NCBI GenBank assembly: GCA_913775595.1
Contig: CAJYLB010000001.1
Coordinates: forward strand, 434,001 to 498,000
Length of the DNA stretch: 64,000 nt
Direction: 5' to 3'
Source of the DNA: an uncultured Aquiluna sp.
Lineage (GTDB): Bacteria > Actinomycetota > Actinomycetes > Actinomycetales > Microbacteriaceae
Shown here one piece after another: positions 53,887 through 63,098 of this stretch (positions within the stretch are counted from its first letter, which is position 1; each line of letters starts with the position of its first letter). The position numbers and the translations under genes are program-made. The notes beneath the pieces are model-generated. The model did no database searches. It was given only the letters and a program-made list of their open reading frames with translations, and was not told the DNA's origin.

Positions 53887-55147
53887 TCGCAACCTTTCCA
53901 TCCCGGAGGCTAAATTCGCCCCGGAAGATTGTGTGAACTACCGCTCCCGAAAGCTCGTGACCAGCAAATGGATTGTTCGTTGATAGGGAGTGGGTCTTTG
54001 TCTGTATGACTCTCTTCGCGCTTGGGTCAAGCAGGACAATATTTGCAGGCCTACCCTCCTCGATGGCACCATGACCCGCCAGCGAACCAATCTCAGCAGC
54101 CTTTGATGACATAACCTCACTAAATCGGTCCCAATCCGTGGCCCCCGAGTCAATCAGGACGGACTGAGCCACCGATGCTGCGTGTTCGAGACCAACCATT
54201 CCAAAAGCCGCTTGCTCCCACTCGCAATCCTTCTTCTCCGATGAGTGTGGTGCATGGTCTGTCCCAATGATGTCAATGGTGCCATCGATTAGGCCCTGCC
54301 TGAGGGCAAGAGTGTCCTCCTTGGTTCGTAGCGGAGGATTGACTTTGTAGACCGGGTCGTAACTGCGCACGAGATCCTCTGTGAGCATGAGATGGTGAGG
54401 TGTCACCTCCGCAGTTATGTTGATGCCCCTCGCCTTTGCCCACCTAACGACATCTACTGCTCCAGCGGTCGTCAGGTGACAAATATGCAGTCGCGCACCT
54501 ATTTGCTCAGCCAATAGGGCGTCTCGTGCGATTATGGATTCCTCCGCGACGCTGGGCCAACCCTTCAGACCGAGCTCAGTTGATAGCGGACTGGCATTCA
54601 TTTGAGAACCCTCAGTCAAACGTGGTTCCTGAGCATGCTGAGCAATAACTCCACCAAGGCCCTTGACGTAGGTCAGTGCACGCTGCATCACGAGTGGGTC
54701 GTGAACGCAATGACCGTCATCGCTAAAAACTCTCACCCGAGCTGCTGAGTTTGCCATCATCCCCAGGGCGCTTAGCTCTGTGCCACCAAGGTTCTTTGTC
54801 ACTGCGCCTATGGGCCGAACTTCCAGTAGCCCAGCCTCCTCGCCCAAGGTCATGACCTGCTCGACAACAGAAGCGTTGTCGGCCACCGGATCGGAGTTGG
54901 CCATTGCAAAAAGTGCCGTATAGCCTCCGGCAACGCCTGAGCGTGAGCCGGAGAGAACCGTCTCACTCGCCTCATAGCCCGGTTGCCTAAGGTGCGTGTG
55001 GAGATCAACGAAGCCTGGGAGCGCCATAAGTCCAGAGCAGTCAAGACCAGAGGCTTGAGATTTCCCTATCTTCGACACTGCTCCACATTCGATTGTTATG
55101 TCGGTGAGTTTTCCATTCGAGAGCTGAACGCCTTTGAGAACCTGCAT
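53879..55147 (-). CDS. pyrC: Dihydroorotase
   Basis: Motifs PGFVDLHTHLRQPG, FSDDG, HICH, EVTPHHL, KVNPPLR and TDHAPH. Confidence 0.96.
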   Translation of the reverse strand: MQVLKGVQLSNGKLTDITIECGAVSKIGKSQASGLDCSGLMALPGFVDLHTHLRQPGYEASETVLSGSRSGVAGGYTALFAMANSDPVADNASVVEQVMTLGEEAGLLEVRPIGAVTKNLGGTELSALGMMANSAARVRVFSDDGHCVHDPLVMQRALTYVKGLGGVIAQHAQEPRLTEGSQMNASPLSTELGLKGWPSVAEESIIARDALLAEQIGARLHICHLTTAGAVDVVRWAKARGINITAEVTPHHLMLTEDLVRSYDPVYKVNPPLRTKEDTLALRQGLIDGTIDIIGTDHAPHSSEKKDCEWEQAAFGMVGLEHAASVAQSVLIDSGATDWDRFSEVMSSKAAEIGSLAGHGAIEEGRPANIVLLDPSAKRVIQTKTHSLSTNNPFAGHELSGAVVHTIFRGEFSLRDGKVANA

Positions 55148-56076
55148 TAACCCTCCCCCGCCAAGAGCTTGTAGAGAACAGCCATGCGAACGGACAAGCC
55201 ATTCCTGACCTGGGTGAGCACCGCACTCCTGGGGTCATCCGCGGCCTCATCTGAAATTTCAAATCCCCTGTTCATTGGTCCTGGGTGAAGTATTACCGCG
55301 TCGTCCTCAAGCATCCTAAACCTGGCCCCAGATAGCGACCACTTAGCTGCATATTCGCGCTCCGAAGGAAAGAAGACTCCCTGCATGCGCTCCCTTTGTA
55401 CCCTCAGCATCATGACAACATCTGGCTTGTCCTCGAGCGCCTCCTCGAAGGAATAGACAACTTCACAGCCAAGCTCTCTAAACCCCTGGGGCAGAAGGGT
55501 TTCGGGCCCAGCCAGCGTGACTTTGGCACCGAGCAAGGTAAGTAGCAAGACATTGCTCCTTGCAACGCGCGAGTGTTGGATGTCTCCAACTATCAAGACC
55601 TTGATGCCCTTTAGGTCTGAGCCCGAATTTTTGATTTGGCGAATGGTCAGGGCGTCAAGCAATGACTGCGTCGGGTGCTCATGCGAGCCGTCACCTGCGT
55701 TTACCACCGAACCTGAGATCCAGTCCTTGGTTGCAAGCGTCTGAGCAGCGCCACTCATGGGGTGGCGGATGACTATCGCATCTGCACCGAGAGCCTCTAG
55801 CGTTTGCGCAGTATCTTTCAGGCTCTCGCCTTTGCTCACTGAACTGGTAGCCGCGGCGAAGTTGATTACATCTGCACTTAGTCTCTTTGCGGCGATCTCG
55901 AAACTAATACGAGTTCTGGTTGAGTTCTCATAAAAGAGATTCACGACCGTCTTGCCCCTGAGTGCCGGTAGCTTCTTTACCTCTCTGGCATTCACAGCGG
56001 AAAGCTCTTGGGCGCTGTCGAGAAGGTCGATTGCGGCTTCTCTGTCTAGTTCTCTAATCGAAGTGAGGTGCCTCAT
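55147..56076 (-). CDS. pyrB: Aspartate carbamoyltransferase catalytic subunit
   Basis: Motifs [32 protein letters not shown] and HPGPMNRG. Confidence 0.97.
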   Translation of the reverse strand: MRHLTSIRELDREAAIDLLDSAQELSAVNAREVKKLPALRGKTVVNLFYENSTRTRISFEIAAKRLSADVINFAAATSSVSKGESLKDTAQTLEALGADAIVIRHPMSGAAQTLATKDWISGSVVNAGDGSHEHPTQSLLDALTIRQIKNSGSDLKGIKVLIVGDIQHSRVARSNVLLLTLLGAKVTLAGPETLLPQGFRELGCEVVYSFEEALEDKPDVVMMLRVQRERMQGVFFPSEREYAAKWSLSGARFRMLEDDAVILHPGPMNRGFEISDEAADDPRSAVLTQVRNGLSVRMAVLYKLLAGEG

Positions 56077-56603
56077 TGTTCGATCACAACCTGATCGGTT
56101 CCGTCGGTCTGCACGAGCATCACATTCACTCGCTCGTCGGCAGCAGTGGGAAGGTTCTTACCAACGAAATCTGGCCTTATAGGAAGCTCTCGGTGCCCGC
56201 GATCCACTAGCACAGCAAGCTTGACCTGTCTCGGGCGCCCATAGTCAGTTATTGCATCAAGCGCGGCTCTGACGGTTCTTCCTGAGTAAAGAACATCGTC
56301 TACTAAAACAACCACTTTGTCGTCGATTCCACTTGTCGGGATACGTGTGGATCGAACCTCACGCTCGGAACTCAAAGAATCGTCCCGATACATAGTTATA
56401 TCCAGCTGACCTATTTGTGATTGGTATGAATCATCTATCTCGGAGAGAGTGGAATCGATTCGCTCGGCTAGCTCGACCCCTCGCGTTGGAATACCAAGCA
56501 GGACGAGATCTTTCGAACCTGAATTAGATTCGAGAATTTCATGGGAAATGCGCTTCACTGCACGTGAGATATCAGAGCTATCCAGAACGGTGCGCAGTGG
56601 CAT
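56073..56603 (-). CDS. pyrR: Pyrimidine operon regulator PyrR / uracil phosphoribosyltransferase
   Basis: Motifs [33 protein letters not shown] and DRGHRELPI. Confidence 0.97.
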   Translation of the reverse strand: MPLRTVLDSSDISRAVKRISHEILESNSGSKDLVLLGIPTRGVELAERIDSTLSEIDDSYQSQIGQLDITMYRDDSLSSEREVRSTRIPTSGIDDKVVVLVDDVLYSGRTVRAALDAITDYGRPRQVKLAVLVDRGHRELPIRPDFVGKNLPTAADERVNVMLVQTDGTDQVVIEQ

Positions 56604-56610
56604 AAGCCTC

Positions 56611-56644
56611 TCCTTCTTCGCCTCTCTGGACGAACTTAAAGGAC
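56611..56644 (-). promoter_or_regulatory. PyrR-binding RNA loop overlapping the pyrR Shine-Dalgarno
   Basis: Minus strand GTCCTTTAAGTTCGTCCAGAGAGGCGAAGAAGGA matches the CUUUAA...GUCCAGAGAGGC...AAGG consensus; -10 TATGCT at 56660-56655. Confidence 0.88.
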
Positions 56645-56666
56645 GTTTGCCTACAGCATAACAGCT

Positions 56667-57086
56667 TTAGATAGCCTCGCTACCTTTCGCCAGGCGCGCC
56701 AGAACACCGTTAATGAATTTTGGCGATTCCTCTGTCGAAAGTTCGCTTGCGAGATTGACCGCCTCTGAAATAGCCACCTCATTTGGGACTTCAGGATTGA
56801 AAAGAATTTCCCAGGCACCCATTCTCAGGATTGCCCGATCCAGATACGGCATGCGCTCAAGTTTCCAGCCCTCGGAGAGATTTTGGAGTCTAGAGTCCAA
56901 AGCATCTCGATTTGTCTTGACGCCCGTAACAATCGTTTCGGCGTAATCGAAGATTGCATCCTGGTTTTGGCGGCCCGCACTTGATTCTTGAGCGCTTGCA
57001 AGAGCCTCAAGTGAATCTACTTTGTTTAGCTCTGCTGCGTAGAGAGCGTCTAATGCCCTCTTGCGCGATTTAGTTCTGGAGCTCAA
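56667..57086 (-). CDS. nusB: Transcription antitermination factor NusB
   Basis: RTKSRKRAL, W.LERMP.LDRAILR, VAISEAV.LA and FINGVL. Confidence 0.96.
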   Translation of the reverse strand: MSSRTKSRKRALDALYAAELNKVDSLEALASAQESSAGRQNQDAIFDYAETIVTGVKTNRDALDSRLQNLSEGWKLERMPYLDRAILRMGAWEILFNPEVPNEVAISEAVNLASELSTEESPKFINGVLARLAKGSEAI

Positions 57087-57650
57087 CTATTCACTTGCCC
57101 GACCAAGATACTCACCGGTACGGGTGTCCACCTTCACCTTGGTGTTGTTCTCAATGAACAGTGGAACCTGAATCTGGTGTCCCGTCTCAAGCGTTGCGGG
57201 CTTAGTGCCACCGGTTGAGCGATCGCCCTGTAGCCCGGGCTCGGTGTAGGTGATCTCGAGTGTCACCGAAGGTGGAAGCTCGACATAGAGCGGAGATCCA
57301 TCGTGAATTGCGACCGTTGCAACCTGATTCTCAAGTAGGAAATTAGCAACATCTCCGACGACAGCTGCATCCAGAGACATCTGATCATAAGTTGAGTTGT
57401 CCATGAACACGAAGCCTGATCCATCGTTGTAGAGATACTGCATGTCGCGCCTGTCGACAGTTGCGGTATCGACCTTTACTCCTGCGTTGAAAGTCTTGTC
57501 GACCACCTTGTCTGACTTCACGTTCTTCAGTTTGGTTCTTACGAATGCCGGCCCCTTGCCAGGCTTTACATGCTGAAACTCGATGACACTCCACAGCTGC
57601 CCGTCAATCAGCAGCACCATGCCGTTTTTTAGATCGTTTGAAGTTGCCAT
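57087..57650 (-). CDS. efp: Elongation factor P
   Basis: [23 protein letters not shown] and QVPLFI; SD AAGGAG. Confidence 0.98.
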   Translation of the reverse strand: MATSNDLKNGMVLLIDGQLWSVIEFQHVKPGKGPAFVRTKLKNVKSDKVVDKTFNAGVKVDTATVDRRDMQYLYNDGSGFVFMDNSTYDQMSLDAAVVGDVANFLLENQVATVAIHDGSPLYVELPPSVTLEITYTEPGLQGDRSTGGTKPATLETGHQIQVPLFIENNTKVKVDTRTGEYLGRASE

Positions 57651-57677
57651 GACTCTCCTTGATAAACCTGAAGAAGT

Positions 57678-58112
57678 TTAGCTGCCTGCAAGCTGCCGCA
57701 GCGCCAGCTTGTATGAGTCAAAGCCAAATCCCGCTATTTGCCCGGTCGCCACTCCTGAAATCACCGAGTTCTGGCGGAACTCTTCGCGGGCATGCGGGTT
57801 GGAGATGTGAACCTCGATTAGCTGTACCCCAGCACCTGTGAGAGCCGCACAGGCGTCTCTGAGCGCGTACGAGTAGTGGGTAAATGCGGCCGGATTAAGT
57901 ACGACTGGCGTTTTCGACTCGAGGGCTTCGTGGAGCCAGCCAATTAGCTCGTCCTCGCTATTGGTTTGCCTGAAATCGACCTCGCTACCAAGCTCTGAAG
58001 CAGTAGCCGAAAGCAGGCCCTCAAGGTCATTCAGGGTAGCCATTCCATACACATCAGGCTCCCTTGTGCCCAGGAGATTTAGGTTGGGGCCGTTCAGTAC
58101 GAGGATTTTCAT
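57678..58112 (-). CDS. aroQ: 3-dehydroquinate dehydratase, type II
   Basis: Motifs LNGPNLNLLGTREP, NPAAFTHYS and EVHISN. Confidence 0.97.
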   Translation of the reverse strand: MKILVLNGPNLNLLGTREPDVYGMATLNDLEGLLSATASELGSEVDFRQTNSEDELIGWLHEALESKTPVVLNPAAFTHYSYALRDACAALTGAGVQLIEVHISNPHAREEFRQNSVISGVATGQIAGFGFDSYKLALRQLAGS

Positions 58113-58124
58113 ACGCCTACGCTA
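58113..58124 (-). promoter_or_regulatory. Putative leaderless promoter of aroQ; -10 TAGCGT begins with the aroB stop
   Basis: TAGCGT-aggcgt-ATG. Confidence 0.5.
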
Positions 58125-59156
58125 TTCCACAATCGCCTGAAATGCCGTGAATAGCAGCTCTGGTGTAGGTGCTGCAAGGATTCCCGGTTTTCCAATCTTC
58201 TCGAGCACCACGAATCGCAGCGCACCGCTTCTTGCCTTTTTATCCCGCTGCATGACCTCTAGTAGCTGCGGCCATTTGTCTGCCTTGTAGTTTGTGGGCA
58301 AACCAAGCTTGCTAAATACACTCCGATGTTTCTCTACATCGCTCTCCGAGAGCTTTCCCGAGAGCATTGACAGTTCAGCTGCAAACGTCATTCCGATCGA
58401 GATTGCAGCGCCGTGACGCCATTTGTATCGCTCAGCGTGTTCAATTGCGTGTCCAAGGGTGTGCCCATAGTTCAGAAACTCGCGCTGTCCACTCTCTCTG
58501 AAGTCCTCGGTGGTAACTCTCTCTTTGATTGATACAGAGCGCCGAACAAGGTCTTCAAACACCTCCGAAGTGGTGTCGGTAGCCGCATCATCCGAAAGTA
58601 CAATGTCGAGAATCTCCGTATCCGAAATGAATCCGTACTTCACCAGCTCCGACATGCCCGCAATCAGATCGTTCCTAGGCAGGGTCTCCAAGGTATCTAG
58701 GTCAATAAATACTTTCGTTGGAAGATGAAAGACACCCACCAAGTTCTTACCCTCTTGGGTATTTACGCCTGTTTTCCCTCCGATGGCGGCATCGACCATT
58801 CCCAAGAGAGTCGTGGGTATCAAGTAGGTTCTCACCCCGCGGAGCCATGTACCTCCCACGAATCCAGCAAGGTCTGTGGTTGTACCCCCGCCGAGACCAA
58901 TGACCGCGTCGTTGCGATGGAAGTCTGCCTGCCCCATGATTCCCCAGCAGAAAGCAGCCACCTCAACGCGCTTGGCTTCCTCGCTCTGCGGAACCTCAGC
59001 CAAGAACGCCTCGAAGCCCTCTGTTCTTAGAGTCTCACTGAGTAGTTCAGCGGTAGCGGCCAATGGCTGCGGGTGAACAATCAGTACCTTGCTAACACCG
59101 TCCAGGCTCTTAGGAATCTCGTCGAGAAGACCACGACCAATCAAGCTATAGGACAT
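58122..59156 (-). CDS. aroB: 3-dehydroquinate synthase
   Basis: Motifs GLGGG..TDLAGF, PTTLLGMVDAAIGGKTG, LNYGHTLGHAIE and DKK. Confidence 0.96.
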   Translation of the reverse strand: MSYSLIGRGLLDEIPKSLDGVSKVLIVHPQPLAATAELLSETLRTEGFEAFLAEVPQSEEAKRVEVAAFCWGIMGQADFHRNDAVIGLGGGTTTDLAGFVGGTWLRGVRTYLIPTTLLGMVDAAIGGKTGVNTQEGKNLVGVFHLPTKVFIDLDTLETLPRNDLIAGMSELVKYGFISDTEILDIVLSDDAATDTTSEVFEDLVRRSVSIKERVTTEDFRESGQREFLNYGHTLGHAIEHAERYKWRHGAAISIGMTFAAELSMLSGKLSESDVEKHRSVFSKLGLPTNYKADKWPQLLEVMQRDKKARSGALRFVVLEKIGKPGILAAPTPELLFTAFQAIVE

Positions 59157-59643
59157 CTCTAGCCTTACTCTCTAGTTCCTCAAGGACCACTCGGATAGGT
59201 CGGTTTGCCGTAACCACAGTTGCCGTCGCTAGCTGCTGATAGTACCCGAGTCGCTCCTGGTAAAGCATTTCCCACATGCTGGGATCCGACTTCAGCAGGG
59301 GTCTTTTGTCGAGATTTATTCGGGATAGAACCCAATCGGCACTTGTATCCAAAAAGATGGTGGGGATGTCCTGAAGGAGTTCCCGGTTTTTTTTGGTCAC
59401 CACCACTCCACCACCGGTTGCAATAACCGCAGGCGACTTTAGGGCCTTCTCAAGGGCCGCCGTCTCGAGGGTGCGAAAGCGATCCTCACCCTGGTCTTCA
59501 AAGATCTTTGGTATCGGACCGTGACTCGCTGAAATCATTCGATCGGTGTCCAAAAACTTCGTTTCAAGAAGCTTCGCAAGCTTTCTTCCGAGCGTGGACT
59601 TGCCTGCCCCCATGGGCCCAATAAGGACGAGGGGCTTAGCCAC
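59146..59643 (-). CDS. aroK: Shikimate kinase
   Basis: LIGPMGAGKST, GEDRFR, ATGGG and RPLL; GTG 59643 shares a base with the aroC stop (TAGTG). Confidence 0.94.
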   Translation of the reverse strand: MAKPLVLIGPMGAGKSTLGRKLAKLLETKFLDTDRMISASHGPIPKIFEDQGEDRFRTLETAALEKALKSPAVIATGGGVVVTKKNRELLQDIPTIFLDTSADWVLSRINLDKRPLLKSDPSMWEMLYQERLGYYQQLATATVVTANRPIRVVLEELESKARDVL

Positions 59644-60839
59644 TACGGTTTTGCGATCTTTGACTTGAGAGTCTCTGGAATTGCCTCCAGGTATGACTGG
59701 AGATTGCGCTTGGTCTCGCCCACCGAGTCGCCACCAAACTTCTCGAGCACGGCATTTGCAATCACCAGTGCAACCATCGCCTCGACAACGATTCCAGATG
59801 CCGGGACTGCGCACACATCGCTGCGTTGATGGTGCGCAGTAGCCTTCTCGCCAGAGGCGGTGTCGATAGTCTCCAAAGCCTTTGGAACAGTGCTAATGGG
59901 CTTCATTCCAGCACGGACACGAATCACCTCACCGTTGCTCATTCCGCCCTCTATGCCACCAGCGCGGTCCGTCTTCCTAGAAACCTCTCCGCCCTCTCTA
60001 GTGATTTCATCGTGTGCCACGGATCCGCGGCGTTTGGTGGTTTCTAATCCATCGCCGATCTCGACTGACTTCATTGCCTGAATACCCATTACTGCGGCCG
60101 ATAGCTGAGCATCAAGCCTGCGATCCCAGTGGACGTAGCTCCCAATTCCAGGGGGCATACCGTATACGAGTGTTTCCACGACGCCACCTAGGGTGTCTCC
60201 TGACGAGTGACAGTCGTCGATTTCTGCAACCATTGCCTTAGAGGTCTGCTCGTCGAAACAGCGCAGCGGGTCAGCGTCAAGGGCGGGCAAGTCTTTCGGT
60301 CTTGGAAGAATCTGACTTGAACTTGAGACAGGTCCAATCGCGACAGTGTGCGTTACAAGCTCGATACCAAGCTCTTTCAGAAAATTCTGCGCTATGCGAC
60401 CCAGCGCTACCCTGGTTGCCGTCTCTCTGGCACTGGCCCTTTCAAGAACTGGCCTCGACTCATCAAACCCGTACTTCTGCATGCCCGTGAAGTCTGCGTG
60501 ACCGGGTCTTGGTCGTGTGAGCTTGGCTGCTCTGCCGCCACTTAGCTCTTCTTCAGCAACAGGAGCGGCACTCATTACGGTCTCCCACTTAGGCCACTCA
60601 GTGTTTGCGATTCTTAGTGCGACGGGCCCACCTTGAGTTAGACCGAACCTCACGCCTGTTGAGAGCGTGACCTCGTCCTGCTCAAACTTCATTCGCGCCC
60701 CACGACCGTAGCCAAGGCGTCTTCTCGCGAGAGCATCTTGGATGTCCTCCGCGAGCACAGGTACGCCAGCGGGGAGGCCCTCAATTACTCCGATAAGCTC
60801 AGGACCGTGAGATTCACCCGCTGTAAGCCACCTAATCAT
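59643..60839 (-). CDS. aroC: Chorismate synthase
   Basis: Motifs [32 protein letters not shown] and RSDVCAVP. Confidence 0.97.
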   Translation of the reverse strand: MIRWLTAGESHGPELIGVIEGLPAGVPVLAEDIQDALARRRLGYGRGARMKFEQDEVTLSTGVRFGLTQGGPVALRIANTEWPKWETVMSAAPVAEEELSGGRAAKLTRPRPGHADFTGMQKYGFDESRPVLERASARETATRVALGRIAQNFLKELGIELVTHTVAIGPVSSSSQILPRPKDLPALDADPLRCFDEQTSKAMVAEIDDCHSSGDTLGGVVETLVYGMPPGIGSYVHWDRRLDAQLSAAVMGIQAMKSVEIGDGLETTKRRGSVAHDEITREGGEVSRKTDRAGGIEGGMSNGEVIRVRAGMKPISTVPKALETIDTASGEKATAHHQRSDVCAVPASGIVVEAMVALVIANAVLEKFGGDSVGETKRNLQSYLEAIPETLKSKIAKP

Positions 60840-60843
60840 GCAA

Positions 60844-61602
60844 CTATTCTCCCATGCCCAGCGCTGTCCTCATGGCAGCAACTATTTCTGCCTCTGTAGA
60901 AAGCGGCTCCTCAATTGCACCACCTCTGAAAAGTCGCTGCTGGCCTACGGCCTGCCAAAGCAGCATCTCCAGTCCAGAAATGGAACGCGGAAAGCCCTCT
61001 ACCGGTGAGTTCGCATAAACAACATCAAGCAAGGTGCCCCGATAGACTCCATCGGCTAACTCATGGATAACACCCTTGGGAACTGTGGAGATGACTAGAT
61101 CCGCCTCCAGCACTTCGGTCAGCGATGCAACCACGGCCCCATAGGCCTGCGAAATAGCTGCGGCCTTATCTGTATTTCTGGCCCAGACCTTCACATCATG
61201 ATCCTCAAATGCGACTGCGGCGCTTCTTGCGGTCGCACCGCTTCCTAGGATGCCGACGGACTTGAAATCCAGATCATTGACTGCATACTGCAGCCCCATG
61301 ACGTCAGTGTTGTAGGCAAGCCAGGTGTCTTCATTCTTCACGAGCGTGTTTGCGGAACGAGTTGAGATGGCGAGAGGGTGAAGCTGGCTGGCAACATCTA
61401 AAGCCTCTTCTTTCAGCGGCATCGTCAGTGACAGACCCATCCAGCTGGCATCAAGTGAGTTTGCGAACTCGCTGAGGCCCGAGGCAAGCTCAAGCGCCTC
61501 ATAGCTCGCATCAATCCCCGAGCAGCCAAAAGCAGCTTTGTGAAGAACCGGGGAGAGCGAATGGCTTATAGGCGAGCCAAGCACCGCAAACTTGCTAGTC
61601 AT
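60844..61602 (-). CDS. aroE: Shikimate dehydrogenase
   Basis: Motifs [31 protein letters not shown] and GLEMLLWQA. Confidence 0.95.
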   Translation of the reverse strand: MTSKFAVLGSPISHSLSPVLHKAAFGCSGIDASYEALELASGLSEFANSLDASWMGLSLTMPLKEEALDVASQLHPLAISTRSANTLVKNEDTWLAYNTDVMGLQYAVNDLDFKSVGILGSGATARSAAVAFEDHDVKVWARNTDKAAAISQAYGAVVASLTEVLEADLVISTVPKGVIHELADGVYRGTLLDVVYANSPVEGFPRSISGLEMLLWQAVGQQRLFRGGAIEEPLSTEAEIVAAMRTALGMGE

Positions 61603-62677
61603 CCCAACCTGGATTGTCTCTGAGCCACTGGCGATAAATCTCAGCAGCCCTCTCGTGCTCCGCCAGGGTCTCGGAGAAAACGGTCTCTCCAGTAGCGAGA
61701 TTTATGGCTACAAAGTAAAGCCAATCCCCCACTGCAGGATTGACGGCAGCATCAATGGCGGTCGCGCCTGGCGAGCTTATTGGCCCAGGTGGTAGGCCCG
61801 GGTATACGTAAGTGTTGAAGGGATTGTCGCTGTCGGCTAGGCCCTCTTGGAAGCTATCAATGGAACCCTCGTAGTAATACTTCACCGTTGGATCAGACTG
61901 GAGGGCAACGTTTTTCTCTAGGCGATTGTTGAAAACCGTTGAGATCTTGTACATGTCGTCCTCAGCCCGCCCCTCAAGCTGAATGATGGAAGCGAGAGTC
62001 AAGATGTCGAAGCCTGTCTCCACATCTAGCCCTTGACCCTCTAGCTCAGCCTCCATGCGGGAAAGCATTGTGTCGATAATCGTTTGCGCATTCACCCCAG
62101 GGTCAAAGGTGTAGCTGGCGGGGAACAGCCAACCCTCAAGCGTTTCACCCGGATACACGTCATTAGCAGCTTCAATTGCAGATAGGAGCGCCTCTTCAGA
62201 AACCTCGAGCTCCTCAGTCAGAACGTCCACAATCTCAACAAGCTGAAGTCCCTCAGGGATAGTGACTTGAACGACGACTCTGTTCTCCCCTGCTAACAGG
62301 ATTTGAAGTGCCTCAAGCCCAGGAATCTTCGTAGGGAACTCATAGTGACCTGGGTAGATGGTCAGCTCCACGTTCAACATGTCGCGATAGATCGAATCAA
62401 AGCTTTTTATGACGTCTGCGTTTAGTAGCTTTCTTGCGACATCCTCTCCCGTGTCACCTTCCTCAATGACGATTACCGTCGGAGGACCCGGGTCACCGTC
62501 GTAGTCTTCAACTGTAAAGCGACTTATCAGAGCCGAGACACCGCCTTCAAAGGCGTCTCGAAAAGTGAAGTAGCCTGCCGTCAGACCGCCTCCCACAATT
62601 GCGAGTGAAACTAGCGCAGCAATCCAGGACTTAGAGCGCTTCGGAGGAGCATCGGTAGCTTCAAATTCATCAAGCAT
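61595..62677 (-). CDS. mltG: Endolytic transglycosylase MltG (YceG-like)
   Basis: N-terminal TM, TIPEG, LEGWLFPASY, LASIIQLE, LQSDPT, NTY..PGLPPGPI and WLYFV. Confidence 0.94.
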   Translation of the reverse strand: MLDEFEATDAPPKRSKSWIAALVSLAIVGGGLTAGYFTFRDAFEGGVSALISRFTVEDYDGDPGPPTVIVIEEGDTGEDVARKLLNADVIKSFDSIYRDMLNVELTIYPGHYEFPTKIPGLEALQILLAGENRVVVQVTIPEGLQLVEIVDVLTEELEVSEEALLSAIEAANDVYPGETLEGWLFPASYTFDPGVNAQTIIDTMLSRMEAELEGQGLDVETGFDILTLASIIQLEGRAEDDMYKISTVFNNRLEKNVALQSDPTVKYYYEGSIDSFQEGLADSDNPFNTYVYPGLPPGPISSPGATAIDAAVNPAVGDWLYFVAINLATGETVFSETLAEHERAAEIYRQWLRDNPGWDD

Positions 62678-63098
62678 CTATGTCTCCAATCTCAATTGCA
62701 ACATGCGGTGACGAGAGTGCAAATTCCAAGATTCCGCGAGCACTCTCCGCGTCTATAAGGGACTTAGATTCTTTGCTGCTCTTACCCACCTGGTGAAGAT
62801 TGCGTTGGGCCGAGACCGTGGTGAGCCTCTCATCTACAAGTGAAATCTTGATCTCTGTGAGACTCGAGAGGTTGCGTGCAAAGTTGATTGCCAACTGAGA
62901 GCTCTTCGTCCTCTCACCGGAAAGAGAGAGTGGCAGTCCTACGAAGATACTCGAGACCCCTTTTTCCGCTGCTAGTGTTGCCAGATTCTGTTCGGCAGCC
63001 TCTGAAAACTCGACTACGCCATGGGCTAGTGCGAGCGCCCCCTCTGAAAAGGCCACACCTATACGTGCAGCTCCAACGTCCAGGCCCATCGCTCTCAA
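62670..63098 (-). CDS. ruvX: YqgF/RuvX-family nuclease
   Basis: Motifs GLDVG.ARIGVA, VGLP, VDERLTT and IDAESA; lies between alaS and mltG. Confidence 0.93.
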   Translation of the reverse strand: MRAMGLDVGAARIGVAFSEGALALAHGVVEFSEAAEQNLATLAAEKGVSSIFVGLPLSLSGERTKSSQLAINFARNLSSLTEIKISLVDERLTTVSAQRNLHQVGKSSKESKSLIDAESARGILEFALSSPHVAIEIGDIDA

